This document shows, one piece after another, positions 19,224 to 30,800 of a DNA stretch of 64,000 bases. The position numbers and the translations under genes are program-made. The stretch is from Fimbriimonas sp. GTDB lineage: Bacteria; Armatimonadota; Fimbriimonadia; Fimbriimonadales; Fimbriimonadaceae. The notes below the pieces were generated by a model. It searched no databases. It was not told the DNA's origin and saw only the letters and a list, made by a program, of their open reading frames with translations. The stretch covers positions 1,868,561 to 1,932,560 of the forward strand of contig CBDFMD010000003.1 in NCBI GenBank assembly GCA_965249475.1, read 5' to 3'. Position 1 is the first letter of the stretch. Each line of letters starts with the position of its first letter.

Positions 19224-21887
19224 TTACTTGTCCGAGACGCCCTTGCCGAGCGCGGCCTGCGCGGCGGCGAGGCGGGCGATGGGGACGCGGAAGGGGGAGC
19301 ACGAGACGTAGTTCAGGCCGATCTCGTGGCAGAACTCGACCGAGCGGGGGTCGCCGCCGTGCTCGCCGCAGATGCCGAGCTTGATGTCGGGGCGCGACTT
19401 GCGCGCGTCCTCGATCGCGATCCTCATCAGGCGACCGACGCCGTTGCGGTCGATGCTCTCGAACGGGTCGCCGGGAAGGATCTTCCCCTCCACGTACGGC
19501 TTGAGGAAGCGGTCGGAGTCGTCGCGGGAGAAGCCGAACGTCATCTGGGTGAGGTCGTTCGTGCCGAAAGAGAAGAACTCGGCCTCCTTCGCGATCTCCT
19601 CGGCGGTGAGCGCGCCGCGGGGGACCTCGATCATCGTGCCGAAGGAGTAGGGGATGGAGACGCCCTGCTCCTCCTCGACGGCCTTTGCGGTGCGCTCGAG
19701 GCCCTCGCGGACGACCCGAAGCTCGTTCACGTGGCCGACGAGGGGGATCATGATCTCGGGGACGGCCTTGCCGCCGGCTTTGATGACGGCGGCGGCGCCT
19801 TCGAGGATCGCGCGGGTCTGCATCTCGACGATCTCGGGGTAGACGATCGAGAGGCGGACGCCGCGGAGGCCGAGCATCGGGTTGATCTCGTGGAGGTCGC
19901 GGGCCTTCTCGAGGACGACCTTTTGGGCGCTCACGTCGGTGCCCTTCGCCTCGCCGGTGGCGACCTCCTCGACGAGGGTCTCGAGGGAGGGGAGGAACTC
20001 GTGGAGGGGCGGGTCGATGAGGCGGATCGTGGCGGGCTTGCCCTCGAGGGCCTCGAAGATGCCGCGGAAGTCCTCGCGCTGGAACTCGAGGAGCTTGGCG
20101 AGGGCCGTTTTGCGGGCCTCGGCGTTCTCGATGTCGAGGATCATGTCCACGACGATGGGGCGGCGCTCCTCGTCGAAGAACATGTGCTCGGTGCGGGTGA
20201 GGCCGACGCCCTCGGCGCCGAGCTCGATCGCCTTGCGGACGTCCTCGGGGGAGTCGGCGTTCGCGCGGACGCCCATCGTGCGCATCTCGTCGGCCCAGCC
20301 CATGAAGGTGCCGAAGTCGCCGGTGAGCTTCGCGTCCTCGACGGGGACCTGGCCTTCGATGACCTCGCCGAGGCCGCCGTTGAGGGAGATGAAGTCGCCC
20401 TCCTTCACGGTGCGGTCGCCGATGGTGAACTGGCGCCTCTCGGCGTCCACGCGGATGGAGGAGCAGCCGGCGACGGTGGGGATGCCGAAGCCGCGGGCGA
20501 CGAGGGCGGCGTGGCTCGTCATGCCGCCCCGCTCGGTGAGGACGCCCTGGGCGGCGAGCATGCCGGCGAGGTCGTCGGGCGAGGTGTCGGCTCGCACGAG
20601 GACCACGCGCTGGCCGAGGCCGCCCTTGCCCATCTCAGCGGCGCGGGTCGCGTCGAAGACGGCGACGCCGGTGGCGGCGCCGGGGCCGGCGGGGAGGCCC
20701 TTGGCGATGACGTCGTACTTCGTGCCGGGGGCGATGACGGGGAGGAGGACCTGGTTCAAGAGGTCGGGGTTCACGCTCGCGACGGCTTCCTCCTTCGTGA
20801 TGAGCCCTTCATTCACGCGGTCCACAGCGATCTTCACGGCGGCGGTGCCGGTGCGCTTGCCGGAGCGGCACTGGAGGATGAAGAGCTTGTTCCGCTCGAT
20901 CGTGAACTCGATGTCCTGCATGTCCTTGTAGTGGCCTTCGAGGGTTTTGCAGACGCCGGTGAACTCGTCGTAGATGGCGGGGTTCTGCGCCTGGAGCTCC
21001 TCGAGGGGGAGGGGGGTGCGGACGCCCGCGACGACGTCCTCGCCCTGGGCGTTCATGAGGTACTCGCCGAAGACGTGGTTCTCGCCGGTGGAGGCGTTGC
21101 GGGTGAAGGCGACGCCGGTGCCGCAGTCGTCGCCCATGTTGCCGAAGACCATCGCCTGGACGTTCACGGCGGTGCCGATGGCGTCGTCGATCTTCTCGCG
21201 GCGGCGGTAGACGATCGCGCGGTCGTTGTTCCACGAGCGGAAGACGGCCTCGACGGCCTCCTTCAGCTGTTCGCGGACGTCCTGCGGGAAGGTCACGCCC
21301 TTCGTCTGGAGGTAGGTCTTGTAGCGCTCGCAGAGCTCCTGGAGCTTTTCGGCGGGGACCTCGAGGTCCTCCTTCACGCCGAGCTCGGCCTTGAGGTCGT
21401 AGAAGCCGTGCTCGAAGTCGTGCTTGGAGATGCCCTCGTAGCGGTCGCCGTAGGCGACGTCGCTCAGCATCATGATGAGGCGGCGGTACGAGTCGTAGAC
21501 GAAGCGCGGGTCGGCGCCGGCGGCGACGAGGGCCTTCGCGACCTCGTCGTTGAGCCCGAGGTTCAGGACGGTGTCCATCATGCCGGGCATGGAGAACTTC
21601 GCGCCGGAGCGGACGGAGAGGAGGAGGGGGTTCGCGGGGTCGCCGAGCCTTTTGCCCTGGGCGCTCTCGACGTCCTGGACGGCCCTCTCGATCTCGGGCA
21701 TGAGCCCTTCGGGGAGCTTGCGTCCGTTCGCGTAGTACTCGGTGCACACCTCGGTGGTGATGGTGAAGCCGGGGGGCACCGGCAGACCGATGTTCGTCAT
21801 CTCGGCGAGGTTGGCTCCCTTTCCGCCGAGGAGGTCTCGCTGGCTTTTGTCGCCTTCGCGGAAGAGGTAGACGCGCTTGGTGCTCAT
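19224..21887 (-). CDS. ppdK: Pyruvate, phosphate dikinase
   Basis: 887 aa. MSTKRVYLFREGDKSQRDLLGGKGANLAEMTNIGLPVPPGFTITTE..., catalytic region GGMTSHAALVARG, C-terminal PEP-utilising domain ...SCSPFRVPIARLAAAQA. Confidence 0.95.
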   Translation of the reverse strand: MSTKRVYLFREGDKSQRDLLGGKGANLAEMTNIGLPVPPGFTITTEVCTEYYANGRKLPEGLMPEIERAVQDVESAQGKRLGDPANPLLLSVRSGAKFSMPGMMDTVLNLGLNDEVAKALVAAGADPRFVYDSYRRLIMMLSDVAYGDRYEGISKHDFEHGFYDLKAELGVKEDLEVPAEKLQELCERYKTYLQTKGVTFPQDVREQLKEAVEAVFRSWNNDRAIVYRRREKIDDAIGTAVNVQAMVFGNMGDDCGTGVAFTRNASTGENHVFGEYLMNAQGEDVVAGVRTPLPLEELQAQNPAIYDEFTGVCKTLEGHYKDMQDIEFTIERNKLFILQCRSGKRTGTAAVKIAVDRVNEGLITKEEAVASVNPDLLNQVLLPVIAPGTKYDVIAKGLPAGPGAATGVAVFDATRAAEMGKGGLGQRVVLVRADTSPDDLAGMLAAQGVLTERGGMTSHAALVARGFGIPTVAGCSSIRVDAERRQFTIGDRTVKEGDFISLNGGLGEVIEGQVPVEDAKLTGDFGTFMGWADEMRTMGVRANADSPEDVRKAIELGAEGVGLTRTEHMFFDEERRPIVVDMILDIENAEARKTALAKLLEFQREDFRGIFEALEGKPATIRLIDPPLHEFLPSLETLVEEVATGEAKGTDVSAQKVVLEKARDLHEINPMLGLRGVRLSIVYPEIVEMQTRAILEGAAAVIKAGGKAVPEIMIPLVGHVNELRVVREGLERTAKAVEEEQGVSIPYSFGTMIEVPRGALTAEEIAKEAEFFSFGTNDLTQMTFGFSRDDSDRFLKPYVEGKILPGDPFESIDRNGVGRLMRIAIEDARKSRPDIKLGICGEHGGDPRSVEFCHEIGLNYVSCSPFRVPIARLAAAQAALGKGVSDK

Positions 21888-21996
21888 AACGGACGCCCCC
21901 CGGGCCGCATGGCGGGCGCGCGAGGGCGAACGCCGCCGCGTCGGTGCAGGAGAGCGGGGGGAGTTTACCCCCGCTCCTCCCGGCCTCCGCGCCCTT

Positions 21997-22947
21997 TCAC
22001 GCGGCGGACTTCATGCCGGGGAGAGCCTCTTGCAGGCGGGTGGCGATGCGCCGGGCGCGAAGGGCGAGGGCCTGGGTGAGGGCGAAGTCCTCGATCGAGT
22101 CGGAGGCGCCGACGTAGGGCCAGGGCTCGACGGAGACGGCGGCCTGGCGGGCGGCGACGGTCGCGAGATCGAGCGCGGCGACGAGGGCGCGCTCCTCGCC
22201 CGTGAGCGTCTCGCCCTCGGGGCCGCCGAGGGCGATCGAGAGCTCGCGGGGAAGGCCCCAGCCCTCGGCGAGGCGGTGGGCGGCGGCGTGGACGGTCTCC
22301 CCGGCGACCCGGAGGTACACGTCGCCGAGGGGCACCGAGCGGTACCGGGCGAGCTGAGCGACGCGCTCGAAGAGATCGGGTTCCTGGCGGGCCATGAGGG
22401 CGCAGGCGAGCGAGCCGAAGAGCGCGAACCCGGCGGCCGCGATCTGGCGGGGCGCGTCGCACTCGGAGAGGTCGTGGGTGAGGGCCAACGGCGCGAGGCA
22501 CCCGACGACGAGGGGGCCGAGGGCCATGTGGGTCTGGGAGATCGTCTCGGAGCGGACGGACGTCCCGGACGCCCAGATGTCCACGGCGATGCCGAGCTGG
22601 GCGACGGCCTTCGCCCCCGCCCTTTGCATGAGAAGCGCGAGGTTCTGTTCGTAGCCGAGCGTCGCGGCGAGCGTGAGCACGGTGCGGGAGACGACGACGT
22701 CGGAGGCGATGATCGTGAGGACGGCGCGGCCGTCGGAGCGCTCGCACCGGAGGAGGGTGGAGGCGGTCGGAGGGAGCGGGACGAGGGCGCGGGGGGGCGG
22801 GAGCTGCTCGGACGGCATCTGCTCGGACGGCGCCTGCTCGGACGACGGGGGAGTCTCCCGGCGGGGACGGCTCACCGGCCGGGCATCGGGTGGGGCGACG
22901 GGATCTCGAAGGGTCATCGGCGCGGTCTCCCCGCTCCTTTTCCACAA
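21997..22947 (-). CDS. Hypothetical regulatory protein, possibly HDOD-like
   Basis: 316 aa. LVPLPPTASTLL...IIASDVVVSRTVLTLAATLG...GWGLPRELSIAL loosely follows the HDOD domain pattern. The start may be the ATG at 22917. Confidence 0.35.
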   Translation of the reverse strand: MWKRSGETAPMTLRDPVAPPDARPVSRPRRETPPSSEQAPSEQMPSEQLPPPRALVPLPPTASTLLRCERSDGRAVLTIIASDVVVSRTVLTLAATLGYEQNLALLMQRAGAKAVAQLGIAVDIWASGTSVRSETISQTHMALGPLVVGCLAPLALTHDLSECDAPRQIAAAGFALFGSLACALMARQEPDLFERVAQLARYRSVPLGDVYLRVAGETVHAAAHRLAEGWGLPRELSIALGGPEGETLTGEERALVAALDLATVAARQAAVSVEPWPYVGASDSIEDFALTQALALRARRIATRLQEALPGMKSAA

Positions 22948-22996
22948 TCGCGGCCCGAGTCCCCGGCACGGATGCGGGGAGGACGGCGCGGCCCGG

Positions 22997-23026
22997 TTGA
23001 TCGGCGGCCCCCGGATGCGCCATAAT
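22997..23026 (+). promoter_or_regulatory. Putative sigma-70-type promoter of rpmE2 (near-leaderless)
   Basis: TTGATC (22997-23002), 18-nt spacer, CATAAT (23021-23026). The start codon at 23035 is only 8 nt downstream of the -10. Confidence 0.35.
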
Positions 23027-23034
23027 GGACGGCT

Positions 23035-23322
23035 ATGAAGTCAGGCATCCATCCCCAGGTCCATCCGGTGGTGTACGTGGACGGCGACCACGAGTGGACG
23101 GGTCTCTCGACCGCGAAGTCCGCGGCGAAGAAGACGATCGACGGCGTGGAGCACTACGTCATCCGCGTCGAGATCTCGGCGTTCTCGCACCCGTTCTACA
23201 CGGGCCAGAAGAAGCTCGTGGACACGGCGGGCCGCGTGGAGAAGTTCATGCGCCGGTACGGGGCCCAGGGCGGCAACAACGCGGGGAACGCGCCCGCCGC
23301 CACCCCGGCGCCCAAGAAGTAA
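23035..23322 (+). CDS. rpmE2: 50S ribosomal protein L31, type B
   Basis: [16 protein letters not shown]...[25 protein letters not shown]. No CxxC zinc motif, hence type B. Confidence 0.9.
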   Translation: MKSGIHPQVHPVVYVDGDHEWTGLSTAKSAAKKTIDGVEHYVIRVEISAFSHPFYTGQKKLVDTAGRVEKFMRRYGAQGGNNAGNAPAATPAPKK

Positions 23323-23355
23323 CGCGGACGGCGCGACGAACGGGGACGCAAGAGG

Positions 23356-24255
23356 GTGGAGAGCAACCGAGCGGGACGACGCGGGGGGGTACTCCTCGCG
23401 CTCGGGGCGGTGATGCTCACCGTGGCGGGGTTCGTCGCGGCGAATCGAGAGCCGCTCCCCCCGGTCCCCACGCCCGCCGACTACTCGGTGGACCACAAGG
23501 AGCCGAACGACCTCTTCGAGCCGGGGCGGCAGGTCTTCAAGCGGGGCGTCAAGGATCGGCCCGAGGTGTGCCTCACGTTCGACGACGGGCCTCACGGGGC
23601 GGCGACGGAGAGTCTGCTCGACACGCTGAGGAGCAAGGGGGCGCCGGCGGCGTTCTTCGTCGTCGGGGAGATGGTGGAGCGGCACCCGGCGCTCGTGCGT
23701 CGGATGCTCGCCGACGGTCACGAGGTCGGAAACCACACCTACGAGCATCTGCGGCTCGACAGCCTGCCCGAGGCGAGGATCGAGAAGGAGCTCGGCGCGT
23801 GCGAGTCGGCGGTCGAGCGCGCGACGGGGCGGCGGATGACGCTCATGCGCCCTCCCGGGATGCGCGTGTGCGACCCGCTCATCCGCGCGAACCGGACGTT
23901 CGGCTACGTGATGGTGGACTGGACGATCGGGGCGAAGGACTTCGTGGGCCATGTGCCCTCGCGATCGCTTCCCGCGAACCTCCGGGGGCTTCCGGCGACG
24001 ACGCCCGACATGGTCGTCGAGCGGGTCGAGAGGCAACTGAAGAACGGCGGGATCATCCTTCTGCACGACAACTCGGTCTCGGCGGCGGCGCTTCCGCGGC
24101 TCATCGACGCCATCCGGGCGCGCGGATTCGAGATCGTCTCGCCGAGCCGGATGATGGCGGAGCTTCCTCAGAACGTCCGCCTCGTGGCGAATCCGCCGGT
24201 GGCTCCCGCGACCGGTCCGGTCCTCGCCGCGACGCCCCGGCGATCCGGCCCCTGA
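23356..24255 (+). CDS. Polysaccharide deacetylase (NodB-homology) with N-terminal anchor
   Basis: GTG start and a TM helix ([18 protein letters not shown]). [23 protein letters not shown]. Confidence 0.85.
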   Translation: MESNRAGRRGGVLLALGAVMLTVAGFVAANREPLPPVPTPADYSVDHKEPNDLFEPGRQVFKRGVKDRPEVCLTFDDGPHGAATESLLDTLRSKGAPAAFFVVGEMVERHPALVRRMLADGHEVGNHTYEHLRLDSLPEARIEKELGACESAVERATGRRMTLMRPPGMRVCDPLIRANRTFGYVMVDWTIGAKDFVGHVPSRSLPANLRGLPATTPDMVVERVERQLKNGGIILLHDNSVSAAALPRLIDAIRARGFEIVSPSRMMAELPQNVRLVANPPVAPATGPVLAATPRRSGP

Positions 24256-24301
24256 CTCCGCCGCCGACTCGTCGCGGCGGCGCGGGGCGTACACTAGCGT
24301 C

Positions 24302-25675
24302 ATGAGCGCGACGCTCCCCCGCCCCGACGCCCACGTCCCGCCTCGGACCTTTCCCGGCGGGGAGCTCGACGACCGGCGTCTGCCGCTGGAGACGGTCGAT
24401 CCCGAGATCGCGCGTCTCATCGTCGCGGAGGAGGATCGTCAGAACCACAATCTCGAGCTTATCGCGAGCGAGAACATCGCGCCGCTCGCGGTGCGGCAGG
24501 CGACGATGAGCGTCCTGACGGACAAGTACGCGGAGGGGTATCCGGGGGCGCGGTACTACGGAGGGTGCGAGGTGGTGGACGAGATCGAGACGCTCGCCCG
24601 GGATCGCGCGAAGGCACTCTTCGGGGCCGAGTACGCGAACGTCCAGCCGCACTCGGGAAGCCAGGCGAACGCGGCGGTGTACTTCACGTTCCTGCAACCG
24701 GGGGACACGGTGATGGGGATGGACCTGAGCCACGGCGGGCACCTCACGCACGGATCGCCGGTGAACTTCTCGGGGCGGCTCTACAACTTCGTCGCGTACG
24801 GGATCGAGCGGGAGACGGAGCTTCTCGACTACGACCGGATCGAGGCGCAGGCGCGGGAGGTGCGGCCGAAGATGATCACGGTCGGGGCGAGCGCGTACTC
24901 GCGGGCGATCGACTACGCGAGGTTCCGGGCGATCGCGGACGCGGTCGGGGCATTCCTCTTCGCGGACATCGCGCACCCGGCGGGGCTTATCGCGGCGGGC
25001 GAGCTTCCGAGCCCGGTCCCGCACGCGCACGTCGTGACGACGACGACGCACAAGACGCTGAGAGGGCCGCGCGGGGGGCTCATCCTCATGGGGAGGGACT
25101 TCGACAACCCGTTCGGGATCGTCGCGCCGAAGAGCGGGCGGACGAAGCGGATGAGCGAGCTTCTCGACTCGATGGTGATCCCGGGAGTGCAGGGCGGGGC
25201 GCTCATGCACGTCGTCGCGGCGAAGGCGGTGGGGTTCCGCGAGAACCTGCGCCCGGAGTTCCGCGAGTACGCGCGGGCGGTGATCGGGAACGCGAGGGTC
25301 TTCGCGGAGGAGATGGTGGGGAAGGGCTACCACGTCGTCTCGGGAGGGACGGACAACCACCTGCTCCTGGTGGACCTTCGGGGAAAGGCGTTCCCGAGCG
25401 GGGACGTGACAGGGAAGGACGCGCAGCTTCTGCTGGACTCGGTGGGGATCACGTGCAACAAGAACGCGGTGCCGTTCGACGACCGGTCGCCGCTCGTCAC
25501 GAGCGGGATCCGTCTCGGGACGGCGGCGATCACGACGCGGGGGATGGGCGAGGCGGAGGTTCGCACGGTGGCGGACCTCATCGACCGGACTCTGGCGGCG
25601 CGCGGCGACGAGGCGGGGCTCGCGGCGGTGCGGAGCGACGTGCGCGCGCTCACCGACCGGTACCCGGTGCATTGA
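24302..25675 (+). CDS. glyA: Serine hydroxymethyltransferase
   Basis: [46 protein letters not shown]...[14 protein letters not shown]. About 25 aa N-terminal extension, so the start is uncertain. Confidence 0.93.
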   Translation: MSATLPRPDAHVPPRTFPGGELDDRRLPLETVDPEIARLIVAEEDRQNHNLELIASENIAPLAVRQATMSVLTDKYAEGYPGARYYGGCEVVDEIETLARDRAKALFGAEYANVQPHSGSQANAAVYFTFLQPGDTVMGMDLSHGGHLTHGSPVNFSGRLYNFVAYGIERETELLDYDRIEAQAREVRPKMITVGASAYSRAIDYARFRAIADAVGAFLFADIAHPAGLIAAGELPSPVPHAHVVTTTTHKTLRGPRGGLILMGRDFDNPFGIVAPKSGRTKRMSELLDSMVIPGVQGGALMHVVAAKAVGFRENLRPEFREYARAVIGNARVFAEEMVGKGYHVVSGGTDNHLLLVDLRGKAFPSGDVTGKDAQLLLDSVGITCNKNAVPFDDRSPLVTSGIRLGTAAITTRGMGEAEVRTVADLIDRTLAARGDEAGLAAVRSDVRALTDRYPVH

Positions 25676-26460
25676 CGCCCGGGGCCGCTTCCGCTCCGCG
25701 CTGGCCGGCGTTCTTCGACGCGCAGGCGGCGACGTACGAGGAGAACGGGTTCGCCGCGCACACGGTCGCGGAGGTGGATTTCCTTCTGAGGATCCTGCCG
25801 CTTGCCGCGGGGGCGACGATCCTCGACGTGGGGTGCGCGACGGGTCGGCACGCGCGGGAGTTCGCGCGGCGGGGGTACCGGCCCACGGGGCTCGACCGTT
25901 CCGAGCGGATGATCGAGGTCGCGCGGGAGAAGGGTCCGGGGATCGAGTTCGTGCGGGCGGACGCGCGGGGTTTCGACCTCGGCCGGACGTTCGACGCGGC
26001 GGTGTGCCTTTGCGAGGGGGGGCCGGGGCTTATCGAGGCGGGGGAGGATCCGGTCGCGCACGACGAGGCGATCTTCCGCTCGGTGGCGCGGCACCTGAGG
26101 CCGGGGGCGCCGTTCGTGGTCACGGCGCTCAACGGGTACGCGCCGATCCGGCGGATGACGATGCAGCACGTCTTCGACGGTCAGTTCGATCCGGCGACGA
26201 TGCGGAGCCGATATGAGGACGTGTGGGATCTGCCGACGGGCGAGGAGACGCTGAGGATCGAGGAGCGGCTGTTCATCGCGCCGGAGATGACGGGGATGCT
26301 CCGGCGCTCGGGGTTCGAGGTGGACCGGGTGCTCGGGGGGACGGCGGGGCACTGGGCGTTGCGCCCGCTCGATCTCGACGAGGTGGAGGCGATGTACGTC
26401 TGCCGCCGTGCGGCCGGGGCGGGGGGCTCTCGAACGGGCCGCGATCTCGCCGAAAGGTGA
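25672..26460 (+). CDS. Class I SAM-dependent methyltransferase
   Basis: C-terminal part of ORF 24565..26460. [36 protein letters not shown]...FDAAVCL. Proposed TTG start at 25672 overlaps the glyA stop. Confidence 0.7.
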   Translation: MTPGAASAPRWPAFFDAQAATYEENGFAAHTVAEVDFLLRILPLAAGATILDVGCATGRHAREFARRGYRPTGLDRSERMIEVAREKGPGIEFVRADARGFDLGRTFDAAVCLCEGGPGLIEAGEDPVAHDEAIFRSVARHLRPGAPFVVTALNGYAPIRRMTMQHVFDGQFDPATMRSRYEDVWDLPTGEETLRIEERLFIAPEMTGMLRRSGFEVDRVLGGTAGHWALRPLDLDEVEAMYVCRRAAGAGGSRTGRDLAER

Positions 26461-26484
26461 CGTTTCGGCACGGATTGCGCTATC

Positions 26485-27690
26485 TTGAAGGGGCGAGCGC
26501 GACGAAGCGGCGGCACCCCGAGAGATCTCCCCATGGCCCAAACCGTCCCGGACCCACGAATCAGCGACCTTCCCGGTTCCGAGCGGATCGGAGGTCCGCG
26601 CGCCTTCGACGTCTCCGTCGTCGTCGGCACGATCAACGAGGCGAAGAACATCCCGACGCTCATCCGGCAGCTCGAAGAGGTGCTGGCGGGGATCAAGTGG
26701 GAGCTCGTCATCGTGGACGACGACTCGAAGGACGGGACGCCGGAGCTTCTCGTCGAGCTCGCGCGGACGCGGGACGATTTCCGGTTCGTCCGGCGCGTCG
26801 GGCGGATCGGGCTCTCGACGGCGGTGATCGAGGGGATGATGACGTGCGCCTCGCCCTTCATCGCGGTGATGGACGCGGACGGCCAGCACGACGAGCGGGT
26901 GTTACCGGCGATGATCGCGAAGCTCCGGGACGAGGGGTACGACGTGGCGGTGGGATCGCGGTACGTGCCGGGGGGCTCGGTGGGGGACTGGCCCGAGGAC
27001 CGGATCAAGATGAGCGTCACGGCGAACAAGATCGCGAAGACCTTCTACGGGGTGCCGCTGGAGGACTCGGGGGGCAACTTCTTCGCGCTCCGGCGCCCGG
27101 TGCTGGAGGGGGTCGTCCGGCGGCTCTCGGGACGCGGGTTCAAGCTTCTCTTCGACATCCTCCTTCTCGGCGGGCCGGAGCTGAAGGTTGTGGAGCTCCC
27201 GATCGAGTTCGGGACGCGGACGGAAGGGGAGAGCAAGCTCTCGAACTACGTGAAGGCGGAGTACGGGCTCCAGCTTTGGGACCACAAGTTCGGGCGGATC
27301 CTTCCGGCGCGGATCCTGCTCGACCTCGGGCTCGTGGCGGGGTTCTCGCTCGTCGCGGCGCTCGTCGCGAACCTTCTGTACCAGGGGCTCGGGGTGCATC
27401 CGGGTGTTTCGCTCGTCCTTGCCACGCTTCCCATCATCTTTTTCACGCACGCGACCGCGCTGAAGTTCATGCCGGGGCGCAAGCGTCCGAAGGGCGCGAA
27501 CCGGTGGCGGGACCTCGCGATCTTCTTCGCGGTGTGCCTGCCGTTCCTCGCGCTGGGATTCTGGCTTTCGACGAGCATCGTCCCGGCGAGCCGGATGTAC
27601 CTGCGGACGTTCTTCGCGTCCTCGTGCGCGGTGAGCACGGGGCTTCTTCTGGCGACCGGTTGGCGCAAGGAAGCGGCGGCGAAGCGGTGA
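26485..27690 (+). CDS. GT2 polyprenol-phosphate glycosyltransferase (Dpm1-like) with C-terminal multi-TM domain
   Basis: VSVVVGTINEAKNI...LVIVDDDSKDGT...VMDADGQHD...FKLLFDIL, followed by about four TM helices. The start may be the ATG at 26533. Confidence 0.8.
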   Translation: MKGRARRSGGTPRDLPMAQTVPDPRISDLPGSERIGGPRAFDVSVVVGTINEAKNIPTLIRQLEEVLAGIKWELVIVDDDSKDGTPELLVELARTRDDFRFVRRVGRIGLSTAVIEGMMTCASPFIAVMDADGQHDERVLPAMIAKLRDEGYDVAVGSRYVPGGSVGDWPEDRIKMSVTANKIAKTFYGVPLEDSGGNFFALRRPVLEGVVRRLSGRGFKLLFDILLLGGPELKVVELPIEFGTRTEGESKLSNYVKAEYGLQLWDHKFGRILPARILLDLGLVAGFSLVAALVANLLYQGLGVHPGVSLVLATLPIIFFTHATALKFMPGRKRPKGANRWRDLAIFFAVCLPFLALGFWLSTSIVPASRMYLRTFFASSCAVSTGLLLATGWRKEAAAKR

Positions 27691-27732
27691 CCCGCACGCC
27701 CCTTTCAGATCGGGTATAGTCCTCTTCGGAAC

Positions 27733-27818
27733 GCGCGGGTGGCGAAATTGGTAGACGCACTACCTTGAGGTGGTAGCGCCCACAAAGCGTGAAGGTTCGA
27801 GTCCTTTCCCGCGCACCA
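27733..27818 (+). tRNA. tRNA-Leu (anticodon GAG)
   Basis: Acceptor stem GCGCGGG/CCCGCGC. Anticodon arm CTACC-TTGAGGT-GGTAG. Long variable arm, T-loop GGTTCGAGTCC, encoded CCA. Confidence 0.9.
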
Positions 27819-27870
27819 CTTCGACCCCGGTCTGGCCTCTCGGTCAGCCGGGGTATGTTCTTCTCAGCCT

Positions 27871-30800
27871 ATGCTCCTCCGGCGGCTCTTTCGGCGCTCC
27901 TCCGACCTTCGCCCCACGAGAGTCCTCGTTTCGCGGGCGGTCTCGGGCGGTCTCGTGTCGCTTCTCCTCGCGTCGCTCATCCTCGCGAGCGGCGGAGCGG
28001 GCGGCTCGGGGGGTCGAGCGGCGCAGACGACGGGGGCGACCTCGGGGACGGGGCTCGGCACGTCCGGCTTGGGGACGTCCGGCTTGGGGACCTCGGGGCT
28101 GGGCACGTCGGGGGGCGCGACCACGGGCTTGGGCACCACCGGTCTGGGCACCACCGGTCTGGGGACGACGGGGCTCGGCTCGACCGGTTCCAGCGCGACG
28201 ACGGGAGCGGGCGATCCGTTCGGCTCGCCGACGGGAACGACGGGGCGGAGCTCGTCCGAGGACGATCCGCGCAACCGGCGGACGCCGCGGCCGGGGGACG
28301 CTCCGATGGACGAGGCGGGACGGCCGCGGCCCCGGATCGGGCTCAACGCGCCGTACCGCACGGGGAACGCCCCGGCGCGGACGTTCGATTCGGGGCCGTT
28401 CGAGGGGCTCGAATCGTTCGGGTACGAGTATTTCGCCTCGGCGCGCGACGCGGTCGAGGCGCGCCGGCTCGCGGCGGCGCCTCGGCGCTCAGATCGGGCG
28501 GGCAACGACCGGCGCGGGTCCGGGAGCGACGGGGGGGCGTTGGGCGAGGATCCGTCGGGCGGAGCGCTCGGGCGCTCGGGCTCAATGGGGGCAGGATCGA
28601 ACGACGACCAGGGCTCGCTCGACCCGACGACGAGCTTCGTCGGCCCCGAGGCGGCGGGGATCGCGAACGTCTCGACCCCCGCGCCCGAGCGGTACCAGCT
28701 CGCGCCGGGGGACCGGCTGACGGTCCGCTTCTCCTCGCCGACCTACGAGTCGCAGGAGCGGCGGCTGACGGTGGACTCCGCCGGGAGCGTGCAGGTGCCG
28801 TTCACCGGGCGGAGACTCACAGTACGGGGGCTCACGCTCGCGAGCGCGGAGACGGCGATCGCCCGCGAGCTTCGGCGCGGGCTCCGCAACGCGCAGGTGA
28901 CGGTGACGCTCTCCGAGCTCCGGAGCATCTCGGTGAGCATCGTCGGCGAGGTCACCGCGCCGGGGAACTACCAGATGCCCGCGACGGTGACGCTCTTCAA
29001 CGCGCTCTACGCGGCGGGGGGGCCGACGTTCGACGGCTCGTTCCGTCGGATCGGGCTTCGGCGCGCCGGGGGCGGGTCGCGGACGATCGATCTGTACCGG
29101 TTCCTGCTCCTCGGCGACCCGTCGCAGGACGTCGCGCTCCAGCCGGGGGACGTCATCCTCGTGCCGGTCGCCCAGGGGCGGATCGGGGTGCGGGGCGAGG
29201 TCGTGCGTCCGGCGGTGTACGAGCTGCTCCCCAGCGAGACGCTGAAGGACGCGGTGCGCTACGCCGGGGGAGCGCGCCCGACGGCGGTGCTCGGGCGGGT
29301 GCAGATCGCCTCGGTGCGGGCGGGCGAGCAACGCCAGCTCGTGAACGCGGACCTACGCTCGGGGGACCCGACGCAGAACCCGCGGCTTCAGGACGGGGAC
29401 GTGGTGGAGCTCTTCGCGGTGCGCGAGGAGCTCGCGAACGCGGTGACGGTGGAGGGGGCGGTGGACCAGCCGCGGAGCTACGCGCTCTCGCCGAGCATGA
29501 CGGTCGCCGATCTCGTGGAGGTCGCGCGGGGGCTTCGGCCCGAGGCGTTCGGAAGCCGGGCGGACCTCATCCGGGAAAATCCGGACCGGACCACGCGGCT
29601 CTTGCCGGTGGATCTGCAACGCGCGCTCGCGCGCGATCCGGCGGCGAACCTCGCGTTGCAGCCGAAGGACCGGCTCGTGATCTACCGCGCGGACGAGGTG
29701 CGCTTCCTCGAGGACCGCGAGGTGGAGATCCGGGGGGCGGTGCGGCGTCCGCAACGGTACGAGCGGCCGGAGGGGCTCCGGGTCATCGATCTTCTCCTCC
29801 AGAGCGGCGGACTCCTGCCGAACGCGTCGCCGATCGTCTTCGTCCAGAAGAAGAACCCGGACGGGACCGAAGGGCCGCTCGTGCGGGTGGACGTGCGCCA
29901 AGCGGCGATCGATGCGAATCAGAACCCGCTCCTCAGCGACCGGGACATCGTGACGGTCTTCCGCCTCGACGAGGCGCAGTACCTCCCCGAGCAGATCGTC
30001 GCGCTCTCGGGGGCGGTGCTCCGGCCCGGGGCGTACCCCCGGTCGGAGGGGCTGACGGTGCGCGGGCTTATCGAGCTTGCGGGGGGTCTGCTCCCGAACG
30101 CGGGGGGCGAGGTGCAGATCTCGAGGTCGCGCGTGGCGCGGGGGACGGAGCCGCGGACGCTCGACGTGCGCGGGGTGCTCGCGGGGACGGTCCCCGACGT
30201 GGCGCTCGCGGACGGGGACGTGGTGAGCGTCGTCGCGAACGGGGAGTTCCAGGAGAAGCCGGTGCTCGTCTCGATCCAGGGCCGCGTGCGGAAGCCGGGG
30301 ATCTACGCGATCACGGGGCACCGGGAGCGGCTGAGCGATCTCGTCGCGCTCGCGGGCGGTCTGCTGGAGGAGGGGTGGAGCGGCGGGGCGCAGTTCGCGC
30401 GCGATCCGGAGGGGCTCTCGACGGACGCGGAGCGGCGGCTCGCGCCGCGGACGCGGACGATCCTCGCGACGATCCAGCGGCAGGAGTATCTGCGCGCGCT
30501 CGCGAAATCGGACATCGACAAGCTCCGGGCGGTGCTCGCGGCGGGGCAAGGGGGCGGGATCGGGATCTCGGGAAACCAGGTCGTCCCCTCGGCGGGAAGC
30601 GGGCTTCCGGGCGGGCTCGGCACGGGGCTCTTCAACCGGGAGACGGTCACGCCCGCGCGCGAGCTCGACCGGGACGAGATCGAGGCGGGAGGGAACGTTC
30701 CCGTCGCGCTCACGGCGGCGCTCGCAAGGCCGAAGGGGTTCGAGGACGTCGAGCTCCGGGACGGGGACATCCTTACGATCCCCGAGCGGCCGACGACGGT

